Source: Flavobacterium sp.
GTDB taxonomy: Bacteria; Bacteroidota; Bacteroidia; Flavobacteriales; Flavobacteriaceae
Assembly: GCA_040396655.1 (NCBI GenBank)
Contig: JBEBOB010000006.1
Location: forward strand, 12,899 to 76,898
DNA length: 64,000 nt
Direction of reading: 5' to 3'
Positions 21,198-31,587 of the stretch are shown here, one piece after another (position 1 is the first letter of the stretch; every line of letters begins with the position of its first letter). Below the pieces are notes generated by a model. That model made no database searches. It saw only the letters and a list, made by a program, of their open reading frames with translations, and had not been told where the DNA came from. The position numbers were made by a program, and so were the translations under genes.

Positions 21198-23104
21198 TAT
21201 AGAACATCTTTAATAATACTTTCTACTATTTCAGGATTCAGAAGCGTACTGGTATCCCCTAAATTAGTTAAGTCGTTTCCGGCAATCTTCCTTAAAATCC
21301 GGCGCATGATTTTTCCGGAACGGGTTTTAGGAAGCCCTTCCACAAACTGGATCTTGTCAAGTTTGGCAATGGGTCCTATCTTATCCGAAATCTGCTGGTT
21401 TATTTCTTTTCTTAAATTATCCTGGTTACGGTATTCTCCGGTTTCCTTGAGCATTACAAAACCATAAAGTGCATTTCCCTTAATGGGGTGCTCAAAACCA
21501 ACGATGGCTGATTCTGCTACTGCAGGATGTTCATTTATGGCATCCTCAATCGGGGCCGTTGTCAGATTATGACCTGAAACAATGATGACGTCGTCTACCC
21601 GCCCCGTAATCCTGTAATAGCCTACTTCATCCCGAAAAGCCCCGTCTCCTGTAAAATATTTTCCTTTAAAAGTAGAAAAATAAGTCTCTTTGTAGCGGTC
21701 ATGATCTCCCCAAATAGTACGTGCAATCCCGGGCCAAGGGAATTTAATACAAAGCTTTCCTTCCACCTGGTTTCCTTGTATCTCTTTTCCTTCTTCATCC
21801 ATAAGGGCCGGCTGTATTCCTATAAAGGGAAGTGTTGCATAAGTAGGTTTAGTAGGGGTAACAAACGGAATAGGTGAAATAAGGATACCACCTGTTTCTG
21901 TCTGCCACCAGGTATCCACAATGGGACTGTGCTTTTTACCAATGTTGTCGTTATACCAGTGCCATGCTTCTTCGTTTATGGGTTCTCCTACAGACCCCAA
22001 TACCTTGAGTGAAGAAAGATCATACTTTTCCACATATTCAAGACTCTCTTTTGCAAGTGACCGTATAGCAGTCGGAGCTGTATAAAAAATAGAAACTTTA
22101 TGTTTTTCAATAGTCTCCCAAAAACGCCCAAAGTCCGGGTAACTCGGTATGCCTTCAAACAACACGGTCGTAGCTCCATTGGCCAGTGGTCCGTAAACAA
22201 TATAGCTGTGTCCGGTTATCCATCCAATATCGGCGGTACACCAATAAACATCATGTTCTTTATATAGAAAAATATTTTTAAATGTATAGGCAGTGTAAAC
22301 CATATATCCTGCAGCGGTATGAACCATTCCTTTTGGTTTTCCTGTTGAACCCGAGGTGTATAAAATAAAGAGCGGATCTTCCGCATCCATAATTTCAATC
22401 GGGCACTCATCTGCAGCAGCATCCATCAGCGGCTGCAACCACAAGTCCCTTCCTTCCTGCATGTTCACCTGACCGTCTACACGTTGCACCACAAGAACGG
22501 TTTCTACAGAATCGCATTTTTTTAATGCCTCGTCCACAATTTCCTTGATGTTGATGGTTTTAGAACCACGGTATGATTTATCCGACGTAATAACCAGCTT
22601 ACACGAAGAATCTGTGATACGTGCTTCAAGAGCTGATGAAGAGAAACCGGCAAAGACAACCGAATGAATCGCTCCTATACGGGCACAAGCTAAAAGTGCA
22701 ACGGCCAGTTCCGGAATCATGGGAAGGTAAATGCACACGCGGTCCCCTTTTTTTATTCCCCTGGCTTTAAGGACGTTCGCCATTTTACACACGCTGTGAT
22801 AAAGCTGCCGGTAGGTTATATGTTGTGCAGGTTCATCCGGATTGTTGGGTTCAAATATAAGGGCGGTTTTATGAGCCCGCGTTCTTAGATGGCGGTCGAT
22901 ACAGTTTTCGGAAACATTGAGTTTTGCTCCTTCGAACCATTTGATTTCGGGTTTTTCAAAATCCCAGCTTAAAATCCGGTCCCATTTTTTATGCCATACA
23001 AAGTGTTCTTCCGCAAGTTCCTCCCAGAAACTTTCCGGATGGTTGACAGATTTTCTGTAAATATGAAAATATTCTTCAAAATGCTTGATATGATAATTAC
23101 TCAT
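21197..23104 (-). CDS. acs: Acetate--CoA ligase
   Basis: LYTSGSTGKPKG, WCTADIGWITGHSY, DTWWQTETG, YFTGDG, PKTRSGKIMRR. Confidence 0.96.
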   Translation of the reverse strand: MSNYHIKHFEEYFHIYRKSVNHPESFWEELAEEHFVWHKKWDRILSWDFEKPEIKWFEGAKLNVSENCIDRHLRTRAHKTALIFEPNNPDEPAQHITYRQLYHSVCKMANVLKARGIKKGDRVCIYLPMIPELAVALLACARIGAIHSVVFAGFSSSALEARITDSSCKLVITSDKSYRGSKTINIKEIVDEALKKCDSVETVLVVQRVDGQVNMQEGRDLWLQPLMDAAADECPIEIMDAEDPLFILYTSGSTGKPKGMVHTAAGYMVYTAYTFKNIFLYKEHDVYWCTADIGWITGHSYIVYGPLANGATTVLFEGIPSYPDFGRFWETIEKHKVSIFYTAPTAIRSLAKESLEYVEKYDLSSLKVLGSVGEPINEEAWHWYNDNIGKKHSPIVDTWWQTETGGILISPIPFVTPTKPTYATLPFIGIQPALMDEEGKEIQGNQVEGKLCIKFPWPGIARTIWGDHDRYKETYFSTFKGKYFTGDGAFRDEVGYYRITGRVDDVIIVSGHNLTTAPIEDAINEHPAVAESAIVGFEHPIKGNALYGFVMLKETGEYRNQDNLRKEINQQISDKIGPIAKLDKIQFVEGLPKTRSGKIMRRILRKIAGNDLTNLGDTSTLLNPEIVESIIKDVL

Positions 23105-23121
23105 GATGTGGTTTTTATTTG

Positions 23122-25008
23122 TTATATTTTATGTTGTTGGTATACTTGAACTATTTCATCTATTATGGCAGGGTCGTCTATTGTGGAAGGTACCTGAACT
23201 TCTTTTTTATCTGCGAGATCCCTTAAGAGCCTGCGCAGTATTTTCCCGGATCTCGTTTTGGGCAGCCGTTCAACGGAAATAACGCGTTTAAGGCTTGCAA
23301 TAGTTCCGATTTCGGATCTTATCCTCATAGCAATTTCCTGTTCTGTAACCGATTCTGCAATGGTGTAACCTGGCTTGGCTACAATAAGCGCAAGAGGGGT
23401 TTGCCCTTTAATCGAATCATGAATACCGAAAACAGCGCACTCCGCAACTCCGGGATGTGCTGAAATCACTTCTTCCATCTCAGCTGTGGAAAGCCGGTGT
23501 CCTGCAACGTTGATAACATCATCTACCCTGCCTGTGATGTAAATAAAGTCCTCTGAATCTTTATAGCCCCCGTCGCCCGTGAAGTAAAAACCTTTAACAG
23601 GCGTGAGGTATGAAGAAACAAAGCGTTCTTCTCCGTTCCATATACCTGTGAGGGTGCCGGGGGGTAATGGAAGCTTCACTACAACGAACCCTTCTTTGTT
23701 AGGAGGAAGTTCATTGCCTTCTTCATCGACAATGCGTATGTCGAATCCGCATACTGCTTTGGAAACCGATCCGGGTTTTATAACCGGTTCATCAATTTTC
23801 GTCATAATGGAAGCCATGGGCCAGCCCGATTCTGTTTGCCACCAATGATCGATAACAGGACGGTTGATTTTATCTTTTAACCAGGAAACCGTTGCGGAAT
23901 CACTTCTTTCTCCGGCAAGAAAAAAATAGTTTAAACAGGAAATGTCGTATCCATTCATAAGAAGTGCATCGGGATCTTCCTTCCTTATGGCTCTGATAGC
24001 GGTTGGAGCCGCAAAAACAGACCGTACTCTGTATTCGCTTATTATGCGCCAGAAAGAGGATGCATCAGGCGTTTTTACGGGTTTCCCCTCGTACAGTACT
24101 GTTGCGTTCCTGTTCAATAGCGGGCCGTATACAATAAAGCTGTGTCCTACGACCCATCCTACATCGCTTGCAGCCCAGAAAGCATCACCTGGATTTACAT
24201 TGTAGATATACTCCATGGTGAATTTAAGTGCAGTTGCATATCCTCCCGTATCACGCACAATACCTTTAGGTTTCCCCGTAGTTCCGGAAGTATGCAGTAC
24301 GTATAAAGGATGTGCTGATTCCACCATAACCGCATCTGTCTCAGATGATTCGTTTACCAGGGAGTCATAGTCGATATCATATTTCTTTTCAGGAACAACC
24401 GCCCCCAGGTATCTTTTGTATAACACGACATGGTCCGGTTTGTGATCTGCTGATTCTATTGCTGCATCAACAAAAGGTTTATACGGAAGAATGCGGTCTA
24501 CTTCCACTCCACTTGATGCTGTTAAAATAATTTTTGGTTTGCAGTCGTCGATGCGTACAGCCAGTTCATTAGGAGCAAATCCTCCAAAAACAACGGTATG
24601 CGTAATTCCAAGTCGGGCACATGCCAGCATTGAAAAAACGGCCTGGGGAATCATAGGCATATAAATAAGAACGGTATCGCCTTTGCATGCACCGAGTTTC
24701 TGAAGGCCTCCGGCCAACCGGCTTACTTCGCTGTACAGATCGTTAAATGACAGGGTGCGTTTCCTGTTTGTGACAGGAGAATCGTAAATAAGTGCTGTTG
24801 CATCGCCAAATCCGTCTTCGATGTGTTTATCTATACACAGGTAACTCATATTAAGCATGCCGTCTGAAAACCACGATGCATACGATTGGGTATTCCGGGT
24901 TAAGATATTTTGCGGGAACTGCTTCCATGAAATTTTTGAAGCCTGCTCTTTCCAGAACCGCTCGGGTTCTTTTAAACTTAGTTTGTATAAATCGTTATAT
25001 ACTTCCAT
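23122..25008 (-). CDS. prpE: Propionate--CoA ligase (PrpE/ACSS3-like)
   Basis: LHTSGTTGKPKGIVRDTGG, SDVGWVVGHSF, DHWWQTESGW, LPKTRSGKILR; start set at ATG 25008 downstream of TACCTTTT. Confidence 0.8.
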   Translation of the reverse strand: MEVYNDLYKLSLKEPERFWKEQASKISWKQFPQNILTRNTQSYASWFSDGMLNMSYLCIDKHIEDGFGDATALIYDSPVTNRKRTLSFNDLYSEVSRLAGGLQKLGACKGDTVLIYMPMIPQAVFSMLACARLGITHTVVFGGFAPNELAVRIDDCKPKIILTASSGVEVDRILPYKPFVDAAIESADHKPDHVVLYKRYLGAVVPEKKYDIDYDSLVNESSETDAVMVESAHPLYVLHTSGTTGKPKGIVRDTGGYATALKFTMEYIYNVNPGDAFWAASDVGWVVGHSFIVYGPLLNRNATVLYEGKPVKTPDASSFWRIISEYRVRSVFAAPTAIRAIRKEDPDALLMNGYDISCLNYFFLAGERSDSATVSWLKDKINRPVIDHWWQTESGWPMASIMTKIDEPVIKPGSVSKAVCGFDIRIVDEEGNELPPNKEGFVVVKLPLPPGTLTGIWNGEERFVSSYLTPVKGFYFTGDGGYKDSEDFIYITGRVDDVINVAGHRLSTAEMEEVISAHPGVAECAVFGIHDSIKGQTPLALIVAKPGYTIAESVTEQEIAMRIRSEIGTIASLKRVISVERLPKTRSGKILRRLLRDLADKKEVQVPSTIDDPAIIDEIVQVYQQHKI

Positions 25009-25128
25009 ACTGTAGCGTAAAAAAGGTATTATTAAAACGATAAATTTTTTAATACAGGAAAACATATTGCTGTGTTGTTCAGCAATAAGAAGAAGTCGTA
25101 TCTGAAAATCATACCGTTAATGAAACAT

Positions 25129-25150
25129 GTTCAGTTTGCACACAAAACAA
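25129..25150 (+). promoter_or_regulatory. Candidate operator, copy A (GTTC-N4-TGCACACAAAACAA)
   Basis: GTTCagttTGCACACAAAACAA about 100-120 nt upstream of the prpE-acs promoter; matches 31509-31530 (minus) at 18/22. Confidence 0.5.
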
Positions 25151-25152
25151 GC

Positions 25153-25515
25153 CTAATTAAGCAGTTCGTTGATTTCCGCAATCATTTTTTTCAGTGAAAA
25201 AGGTTTGGTTACATAGCTTGCTGCACCAAGTTGCAGTCCCTTTTCAATATCCGTTGTTTTATTTTTGGCAGAAAGAAAAACGACTTTTACAGCATTCAGT
25301 TTTTCATTCTCCTTTATTTTCTGCAATGTTTCGAAACCGTCAACGTTCGGCATCATAATATCGAGCAGAACAAGGTCGGGTATGTGCTTTTTAAGGATAT
25401 CAAGAGCTTCCTGGCCATCCCTTGCTACAAATACTTCAAACCCGTTTTTTTGTAAAGCATATTCTAATGACATTATGATGTTGGGTTCATCATCAACAAT
25501 TAAAATCTTCTTCAT
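25153..25515 (-). CDS. Single-domain (REC-only) response regulator
   Basis: KILIVDDE, LLDIMMP, FLSAK, KPF; no output domain; ATGA overlap with the kinase stop. Confidence 0.93.
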   Translation of the reverse strand: MKKILIVDDEPNIIMSLEYALQKNGFEVFVARDGQEALDILKKHIPDLVLLDIMMPNVDGFETLQKIKENEKLNAVKVVFLSAKNKTTDIEKGLQLGAASYVTKPFSLKKMIAEINELLN

Positions 25516-28196
25516 TTAGGTAATTTTACAAAAAAACAAACACCTTTAACTTTTTGTTCAGCCCATATCGCGCCTTTATGCCCTTCTACGATGTGCTTAC
25601 AGATGGAAAGTCCGAACCCGCTGCCTACCGGCTTTCTGGTGGTTTGGTTATGAGACTGGTAAAATTTATCGAATATAAATTCGAAATCTTCTTCCGGAAT
25701 CCCCTTTCCGTTATCTTCCACAGCAAGCACTATATAAGTTCCCTCCTCCTTCATGGTTATTTCAATTTCGCCGGTTGAGGGATCTACGAATTTAATTGCA
25801 TTTGTAAGCAAGTTAATAAAAACTTGTAAAATGCGGTCATTATCATAATTAAAAAATAAAGATTTAACATTATTTTTAATCGTGATGTTTTTTTCATAAG
25901 CCAGTTGTCCTACATAATGAATGGAATCGGAAATTGTCAGCCTTATATCGTTCAGGGTAATGTCAAGCTTTTCCCGTCCGTTTGCCAGCTTTTCAAGATC
26001 CAGTATATTGTTGATAAGTTTAGACAGCCTGTTGCTGTCATCTACTATGTTGTTTAGAAATCTCTGTTTAAGATCCAGGGGCATTTCATCGTCAAGTAGC
26101 AATACTTCAGCAGATGATTTAATAGCCGTAATAGGGGTTTTCAGCTCGTGAGCCACGGTATCCAGAAAATCGTCTTTCTGCTGGTCCTTTAAAAGGAGTT
26201 CATCATTCGCGGCCTTGAGTTCTTCTGTGAGTTTTGTTAATTGTTCTGATTTTTCCTTCAGGAATTTGTTGCTGCTTATGGTTTCCTTACTTTCTTCAAG
26301 AATTTTCAGTACCTCTGTCAGTCCAATGGCTTGTTCTTTTACAACATTGCTTATCAGGATTCTGGAAGAAGTACTTCCGATGATACCGGTAAGCAGTTTT
26401 TCAGAAAAATTGATAAACCGTGCATCGGCCGTGACGGTCTGTTTGGGAATGCTGTTCCGGGTAAAAAATACGTTGATGGCCCTAGCTGTTTTCTCGGTGC
26501 CCAGAAAACGTTCCAGTACGTTCCGGATATCTGCTACATAAGCCTCCCCTTTCCATACGTAACCCGTTTCCGAAAATAAGGCAAAATCGGTAGAATCGGA
26601 AACAAACAATTCAGCATAATTGCGCTCCCGGTAGCTTTCCTTTATGTAAACAGAACCAATTAGGTACATTACAGTATTTGCCGCCATACTCCAAAAGAAC
26701 GAATTGGTAATGGGCGTAAGAAAGTCCAGTCCAAAAAGCTTGTAGGGTTTCAATAAGGAAATACCGAATGGGCCATTGCCTGTAAATTCATAATTTCCCA
26801 ATATTGCATCGCAGATGAAGGGAATAATTAACGTATATACCACTACAAGAAAACCGGCACAGATTCCCATAATGGTTCCGGAGGAGTTCCCTTTTGTCCA
26901 GAACATTCCAATAAAGAATGAAGGTGCAAGCTGCGCAATGATTACAAATGAAATATACCCTATAGAAAACAAGGTAATTTCAATAGAAAAGTTAAAATAG
27001 AAAATGTAGGCAAGTACGATGAGTGTGAAGATTGAAAAACGCCGGATGTTTTTAATGTACTTTGCATTTTTTTCGGGATTATTCTTATTCAGGGTTTCCA
27101 AAAAGCCGTAAGGGATGATCAAAGAGTTACTTACCATATTGGATAATGCTACAGTAGATACAACCACCATTGAGATTACGGCAGAAAGACCGCCGATAAA
27201 AACAAGCAGTGCCATCCAGAATGAACCGTACTTTAACGGAAGCAATAATGTATAATAATCTGCATTGACAGTATCTGCATCGAAATTTAACTTTCCGGCC
27301 CATGCAATATAAATAACAAAAATATTAAAAAGCAGCAGGTACATGGGGAAAAACCATATGGCGGTTTTAAGATGTGATTCCCGGTCGTTAGAAACAACCG
27401 TCATCTGAAACTGTCTGGGCAACAGGAAAATGGCAATAAAGGATAAGGCAATCATGTAGAACATGTTAACTCCTTCTGTAAGTCCGCTGAGCGTACTTAA
27501 ACTATATACATCAAACGAAGTACCGGCCTTTTCTAATAGATCTTCAGTTCCGTCATAGATGAAAAAAGTGACGTATATTCCGATCATGATGAAAATAACC
27601 AGTTTTATAAGTGATTCAACGGCAACAATGAATACGATTCCCTTACGTTTATCAGTCGTGTCAGCGGTCTGAGTACCGAAAAAGGTAGCAAATAGGGCAA
27701 CAAGTACAGCAATATAAAAAGTAAAATCTTTAAATATAGAATGTGTCCTCACACTTTGTTCGTTTACGATGATCTGAAATGTTTCAGAGATAGCTTTAAG
27801 CTGAAGGGAGATATAGGGAATGATGCCAATAAGACATATAACGGTTACCAGTGCCCCTATAAACCGGTGGTTTCCATAGCGCAATGCGATGAAATCAGCA
27901 ATGGATGAAATCTTCTGGTATTTGACAATACGCAGAATCTTGGGGAGAATGTACACCCATACCGGAGCTGCAATAACAGGCCCCAGATAAGTAGTCAGGA
28001 ACCCGATACCGCTTGTTGCCGCTATACCAACGCTTCCGTAATAGGTCCAGGCAGAACAGTAAACACCAAGGGAAAGACTGTATACATACGGATTGTTTAC
28101 CCATTTGCTGTTTACGTTTTTTTCTGACCACAGGGCAATAAGGAATAAGAAGGCAAAATAGCCTAATATTATAAAAACAAGTACATAATTACTCAT
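25512..28196 (-). CDS. SLC5 (sodium:solute symporter)-STAC-histidine kinase hybrid, CrbS/CbrA-like
   Basis: About 13 TM N-terminal region with YSLSLGVYCSAWTYYGSVG and LPRQF; STAC-like FSEKLLTGIIGSTSSRILI; H-box VAHELKTPIT; N-box NLLTNAIKF; DNGKGI; GSGFGLSIC. Confidence 0.88.
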   Translation of the reverse strand: MSNYVLVFIILGYFAFLFLIALWSEKNVNSKWVNNPYVYSLSLGVYCSAWTYYGSVGIAATSGIGFLTTYLGPVIAAPVWVYILPKILRIVKYQKISSIADFIALRYGNHRFIGALVTVICLIGIIPYISLQLKAISETFQIIVNEQSVRTHSIFKDFTFYIAVLVALFATFFGTQTADTTDKRKGIVFIVAVESLIKLVIFIMIGIYVTFFIYDGTEDLLEKAGTSFDVYSLSTLSGLTEGVNMFYMIALSFIAIFLLPRQFQMTVVSNDRESHLKTAIWFFPMYLLLFNIFVIYIAWAGKLNFDADTVNADYYTLLLPLKYGSFWMALLVFIGGLSAVISMVVVSTVALSNMVSNSLIIPYGFLETLNKNNPEKNAKYIKNIRRFSIFTLIVLAYIFYFNFSIEITLFSIGYISFVIIAQLAPSFFIGMFWTKGNSSGTIMGICAGFLVVVYTLIIPFICDAILGNYEFTGNGPFGISLLKPYKLFGLDFLTPITNSFFWSMAANTVMYLIGSVYIKESYRERNYAELFVSDSTDFALFSETGYVWKGEAYVADIRNVLERFLGTEKTARAINVFFTRNSIPKQTVTADARFINFSEKLLTGIIGSTSSRILISNVVKEQAIGLTEVLKILEESKETISSNKFLKEKSEQLTKLTEELKAANDELLLKDQQKDDFLDTVAHELKTPITAIKSSAEVLLLDDEMPLDLKQRFLNNIVDDSNRLSKLINNILDLEKLANGREKLDITLNDIRLTISDSIHYVGQLAYEKNITIKNNVKSLFFNYDNDRILQVFINLLTNAIKFVDPSTGEIEITMKEEGTYIVLAVEDNGKGIPEEDFEFIFDKFYQSHNQTTRKPVGSGFGLSICKHIVEGHKGAIWAEQKVKGVCFFVKLPK

Positions 28197-28383
28197 AGTA
28201 TTTCTTCAGGATATAGTAAGACCAAAGAACGGCCAGAAGCCAGATCGAGAAAATAAACAGGTAAAATACCGGTATGCCCGCAACGCCGGTTTTATGGTTA
28301 AACATAAAAACCATCGGTACGTTAAACAAGGTAAATAAAAGCAATGCAATCAACAGGAACTTCTGTTTATGTCTTTTTTTCAT
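28189..28383 (-). CDS. Small two-TM protein overlapping the kinase start (CbrX-like position)
   Basis: 64 aa, two hydrophobic helices; ATGAGTAA overlap with the kinase; TATATTTAG element at 28387-28395. Confidence 0.7.
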   Translation of the reverse strand: MKKRHKQKFLLIALLLFTLFNVPMVFMFNHKTGVAGIPVFYLFIFSIWLLAVLWSYYILKKYYE

Positions 28384-28399
28384 ATTCTAAATATACAAA

Positions 28400-28423
28400 G
28401 AAACAGTGCATTTGCACTGTTTC
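28400..28423 (-). terminator. Hairpin between the transporter operon and the kinase operon
   Basis: GAAACAGTGC-attt-GCACTGTTTC. Confidence 0.6.
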
Positions 28424-28459
28424 ATGTTAAAAAACGGAATTAAACACAATAAACTTTAG

Positions 28460-28684
28460 TTATAATTTTTTATCGCTGTATTCGTCTGTTAATGCATAAT
28501 ACCCAAATACTATTAACCCCAGCGTGATTAACGGCATTAAAACAAACAAAATAATAATTCCAAAAACAATACCGTCCTGGGTTCCCGAAGTAAGGCGCGG
28601 ATAACCAAAATCGATTAGAAAATATGCTGTTGCTACTCCAAGCAAGATCCAGAGGATGCCTAATATTCTTTTTAATGCTTCCAT
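28460..28684 (-). CDS. Small membrane protein (DUF6814-like)
   Basis: 74 aa, two TM, LKRILGILWILLG...FGYYALTDEY. Confidence 0.65.
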   Translation of the reverse strand: MEALKRILGILWILLGVATAYFLIDFGYPRLTSGTQDGIVFGIIILFVLMPLITLGLIVFGYYALTDEYSDKKL

Positions 28685-28692
28685 AACTCTTA

Positions 28693-30234
28693 TTATTTAT
28701 CGGCGTATTTGGCCACTTTTTTGTTAATATAAATCAATCCGATGATAAAGCTGATTGCCCCTACGATTATAGGATACCAAAGCCCTTCCAGAAAAAATTC
28801 AGGATGTCCCGATGTTTGTGCATTTGTAACAAAGTAGGTAGAAATGGCAGGTAAAAGCCCACCGAAAATTCCGTTTCCAACATGGTAAGGAAGCGACATG
28901 GAAGTATACCGTATTTTAACAGGGAACAGTTCTACAAGGAAGGCGGCAATTGGTCCGTAAACCATTGTGACGAAAATTACCTGTATGAAAATAAAGAACA
29001 CCAGTTTCCACTTGGTGGAATTGCTTATAAGTACGGCTTTTTTTACATTTTTATCCACTTCTCCTTTTTCATTGAATTTTGCACTTCCATTTTCCAGGTG
29101 AACAGTACTGGTTTCATGATATTCTGTACCGTCTGAATAGAATTTTTTTACCATATAGACAGAATCGACAGATTTTGTGTCGGTTTTAAGTTCGGAACTG
29201 CTGATCCTTTTCTCTACTATTTCTGTTTTTAACTTAAGGTCGGTACTGGCATACATAGCACGGTAAATCGGCCTGTAGGAGATGACGGCAATAAGCATAC
29301 CTGCAAGCAGAATAGGTTTTCGGCCCACTTTATCGCTGAGCCAGCCAAATACCACGAAAAACGGGGTGCCAAGCAATAAGGCAATTCCCAGCAGGGAATC
29401 TACCTGATTGGAATCTACGGCCATTACGGTCTTCAGAAAGCTCATTGCATAAAACTGACCTGTATACCAGATGACCCCCTGTCCCATGGTAGCTCCAAAA
29501 AGAGCCAGCAGTACAAACTTCAGGTTAAAACGGTTTCCAAAACTTTCTTTAAGCGGGTTGGTACTGGTTTTTCCTTCTTTCTTTGCTTTGGCAAACTCGG
29601 GCGATTCGCTCATGTTTTTACGGATGAGGTACGAAACGTACACCATAACAATGGAAAGCCAGAAAGGAACGCGCCATCCCCAGGTGTCAAATTGTTCTTC
29701 CGACATAAGTGAACGGGTGATGAGAATGACCACAAGCGAGATGAACAATCCTACGGTCGCTGTTGTCTGTATCCAGGAAGTCCAGAAACCGCGTTGTCCT
29801 TTTGGAGCATGCTCAGCCACATAAGTGGCGGCTCCTCCATATTCCCCTCCAAGGGCAAGGCCCTGTAAAAGGCGCATGATTAAAACAATGACAGGAGCAA
29901 TAAATCCAATGGATTCATAACTTGGGATACATCCGATAACGAAGGTTGCCCCACCCATTAGCATTAATGTAACCATGAAGGTATATTTCCTTCCGATGAG
30001 GTCGCCGAGCCTTCCGAAAAAGAGTGCTCCAAAAGGTCGAACCACAAATCCGGCAGCAAATGTGGCGAGCGTGGAAAGAAATGCTGCTGTAGGGTTATCA
30101 GAAGGAAAGAATTTGGTAGACAGTACAATGGCAAGACTTCCAAAGATGTAAAAATCATACCATTCGATTAGCGTTCCCATGGATGAAGCCATGATAACGC
30201 TCCAAATACTACTTTTTTTAGTTTCGGTATTCAT
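28693..30234 (-). CDS. MFS metabolite:H+ symporter (MHS family)
   Basis: GTLIEWYDFYIF, RPFGALFFGRLGDLIGRK, QGLALGGEYGGA; about 70-aa soluble insertion before the last helices. Confidence 0.92.
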   Translation of the reverse strand: MNTETKKSSIWSVIMASSMGTLIEWYDFYIFGSLAIVLSTKFFPSDNPTAAFLSTLATFAAGFVVRPFGALFFGRLGDLIGRKYTFMVTLMLMGGATFVIGCIPSYESIGFIAPVIVLIMRLLQGLALGGEYGGAATYVAEHAPKGQRGFWTSWIQTTATVGLFISLVVILITRSLMSEEQFDTWGWRVPFWLSIVMVYVSYLIRKNMSESPEFAKAKKEGKTSTNPLKESFGNRFNLKFVLLALFGATMGQGVIWYTGQFYAMSFLKTVMAVDSNQVDSLLGIALLLGTPFFVVFGWLSDKVGRKPILLAGMLIAVISYRPIYRAMYASTDLKLKTEIVEKRISSSELKTDTKSVDSVYMVKKFYSDGTEYHETSTVHLENGSAKFNEKGEVDKNVKKAVLISNSTKWKLVFFIFIQVIFVTMVYGPIAAFLVELFPVKIRYTSMSLPYHVGNGIFGGLLPAISTYFVTNAQTSGHPEFFLEGLWYPIIVGAISFIIGLIYINKKVAKYADK

Positions 30235-30266
30235 AATTTTTTATAGTTTTAGTTTGTTGTTGGTTG

Positions 30267-31484
30267 CTACAGGTAAATCATGGCCTGAAGGGTAATGACG
30301 TCTTTTTTGGCCGTGCCGAAATCTTCGTGTGAATATTCCAGGGTAAGTTTTGAATTATTTCCGCTGAGGTAAATATTGGTTCCAATATTGAAAATATTCC
30401 GGTTGTCCTTTACAGCGTCATAGCTGTTAAGGGCAGCAGCAGCATAAGGCTGCAGTTTTGTCTTTTTACCTATTGTTCCGGGTATGACGTAGCCTACATG
30501 TGCGTATGTCATACTTCCCGTACCGTAAGCATTGTAAAGATAGTTGGTTCCGTAATCATTGTGCTGGTAAGTAGCATAAGCGGTAAAGGCGGCTCCGTTT
30601 TCTCCAATAGGAGTATCATAAAAAGCATCAACAGCAAATATGTTCACATCCTCGCCTTTTGTTTCATTATCAGATAAAATAGCCGCTCCTGATGGATGCG
30701 TGAAAAAGCCGGCTCCAAGGTTGAATACCTTCTTGGCTCCAAGATAGGTACCTACTTTGTAGGGCAGGAAATTAGATTCCATATCCAGGAAATTGTATTC
30801 AAAATACCCCGCATACGTTTTCCCTGCTTTTTTAGATCCCAACAGTCTTCTTCCGCCGTATACTGCCTGCCCTTCCTGTGCATCCCGGGCGTCAAGACTG
30901 TTGGTTATGGCGTCATTAACGGATACACGGTAATGAAGTTTGCCGAACTCTCCCTTCGCATAAAAACCCAGATGACGGGCGAACTGGTCAGAAAGCCCCA
31001 GGGTCGCCCATGATTGCCGGTTGTTATCCATGGTGAGGAAGTTTAGCGTTCCCTGATTATTCAAACGGGAAATCCCGTTGTAATAATGAAGTCCTCCGCC
31101 AAGATAATGGGTTGGTGCAACCCTGTATTGTGCTATAACGTCGTGTAGGAAAAACTGTGATGCTTCACCTGTACCTGTGGGGGAAAGATTGTTTGCATTA
31201 AGGCTGTTCAGTCCCAAATGGGTAAGGATTAAAAAATCTTCATTGAGCTGTGCATATAAAATAGCACGTGCCCGTCTTAGGTTAAAATTGGTTTTACTCT
31301 GATCTTCAGCTACGTTGTTGTTGTATGAAGCCTGTACCTGCGCCCATGTTATAAGCCGGAAATATTTGCTGCCTCCTTCATTGAGGTTCACCTTAAGACC
31401 GCTGCCGTAATCAGGTGCGGCTTGTGAATACATTCTCGAGCAGAAGAGGCTCAGGGCAATCCCCAAAATTATTTTTCCTTTCAT
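30267..31484 (-). CDS. Outer membrane beta-barrel / porin-like protein
   Basis: Signal peptide ending YS-Q, amphipathic beta strands, C-terminal ITLQAMIYL; likely ATG 31484. Confidence 0.7.
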   Translation of the reverse strand: MKGKIILGIALSLFCSRMYSQAAPDYGSGLKVNLNEGGSKYFRLITWAQVQASYNNNVAEDQSKTNFNLRRARAILYAQLNEDFLILTHLGLNSLNANNLSPTGTGEASQFFLHDVIAQYRVAPTHYLGGGLHYYNGISRLNNQGTLNFLTMDNNRQSWATLGLSDQFARHLGFYAKGEFGKLHYRVSVNDAITNSLDARDAQEGQAVYGGRRLLGSKKAGKTYAGYFEYNFLDMESNFLPYKVGTYLGAKKVFNLGAGFFTHPSGAAILSDNETKGEDVNIFAVDAFYDTPIGENGAAFTAYATYQHNDYGTNYLYNAYGTGSMTYAHVGYVIPGTIGKKTKLQPYAAAALNSYDAVKDNRNIFNIGTNIYLSGNNSKLTLEYSHEDFGTAKKDVITLQAMIYL

Positions 31485-31508
31485 AATGTAAAGTTTATAC
31501 TGTTTGGT

Positions 31509-31530
31509 TTGTTTTGTGTGCAGTACGAAC
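31509..31530 (-). promoter_or_regulatory. Candidate operator, copy B (GTTC-N4-TGCACACAAAACAA)
   Basis: GTTCgtacTGCACACAAAACAA on the minus strand, about 25 nt upstream of the porin ATG. Confidence 0.5.
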
Positions 31531-31587
31531 TTCAATCTTTTTTTTATTATGGTGAAAAATAATATATATATCTGTTAAATATGTATA

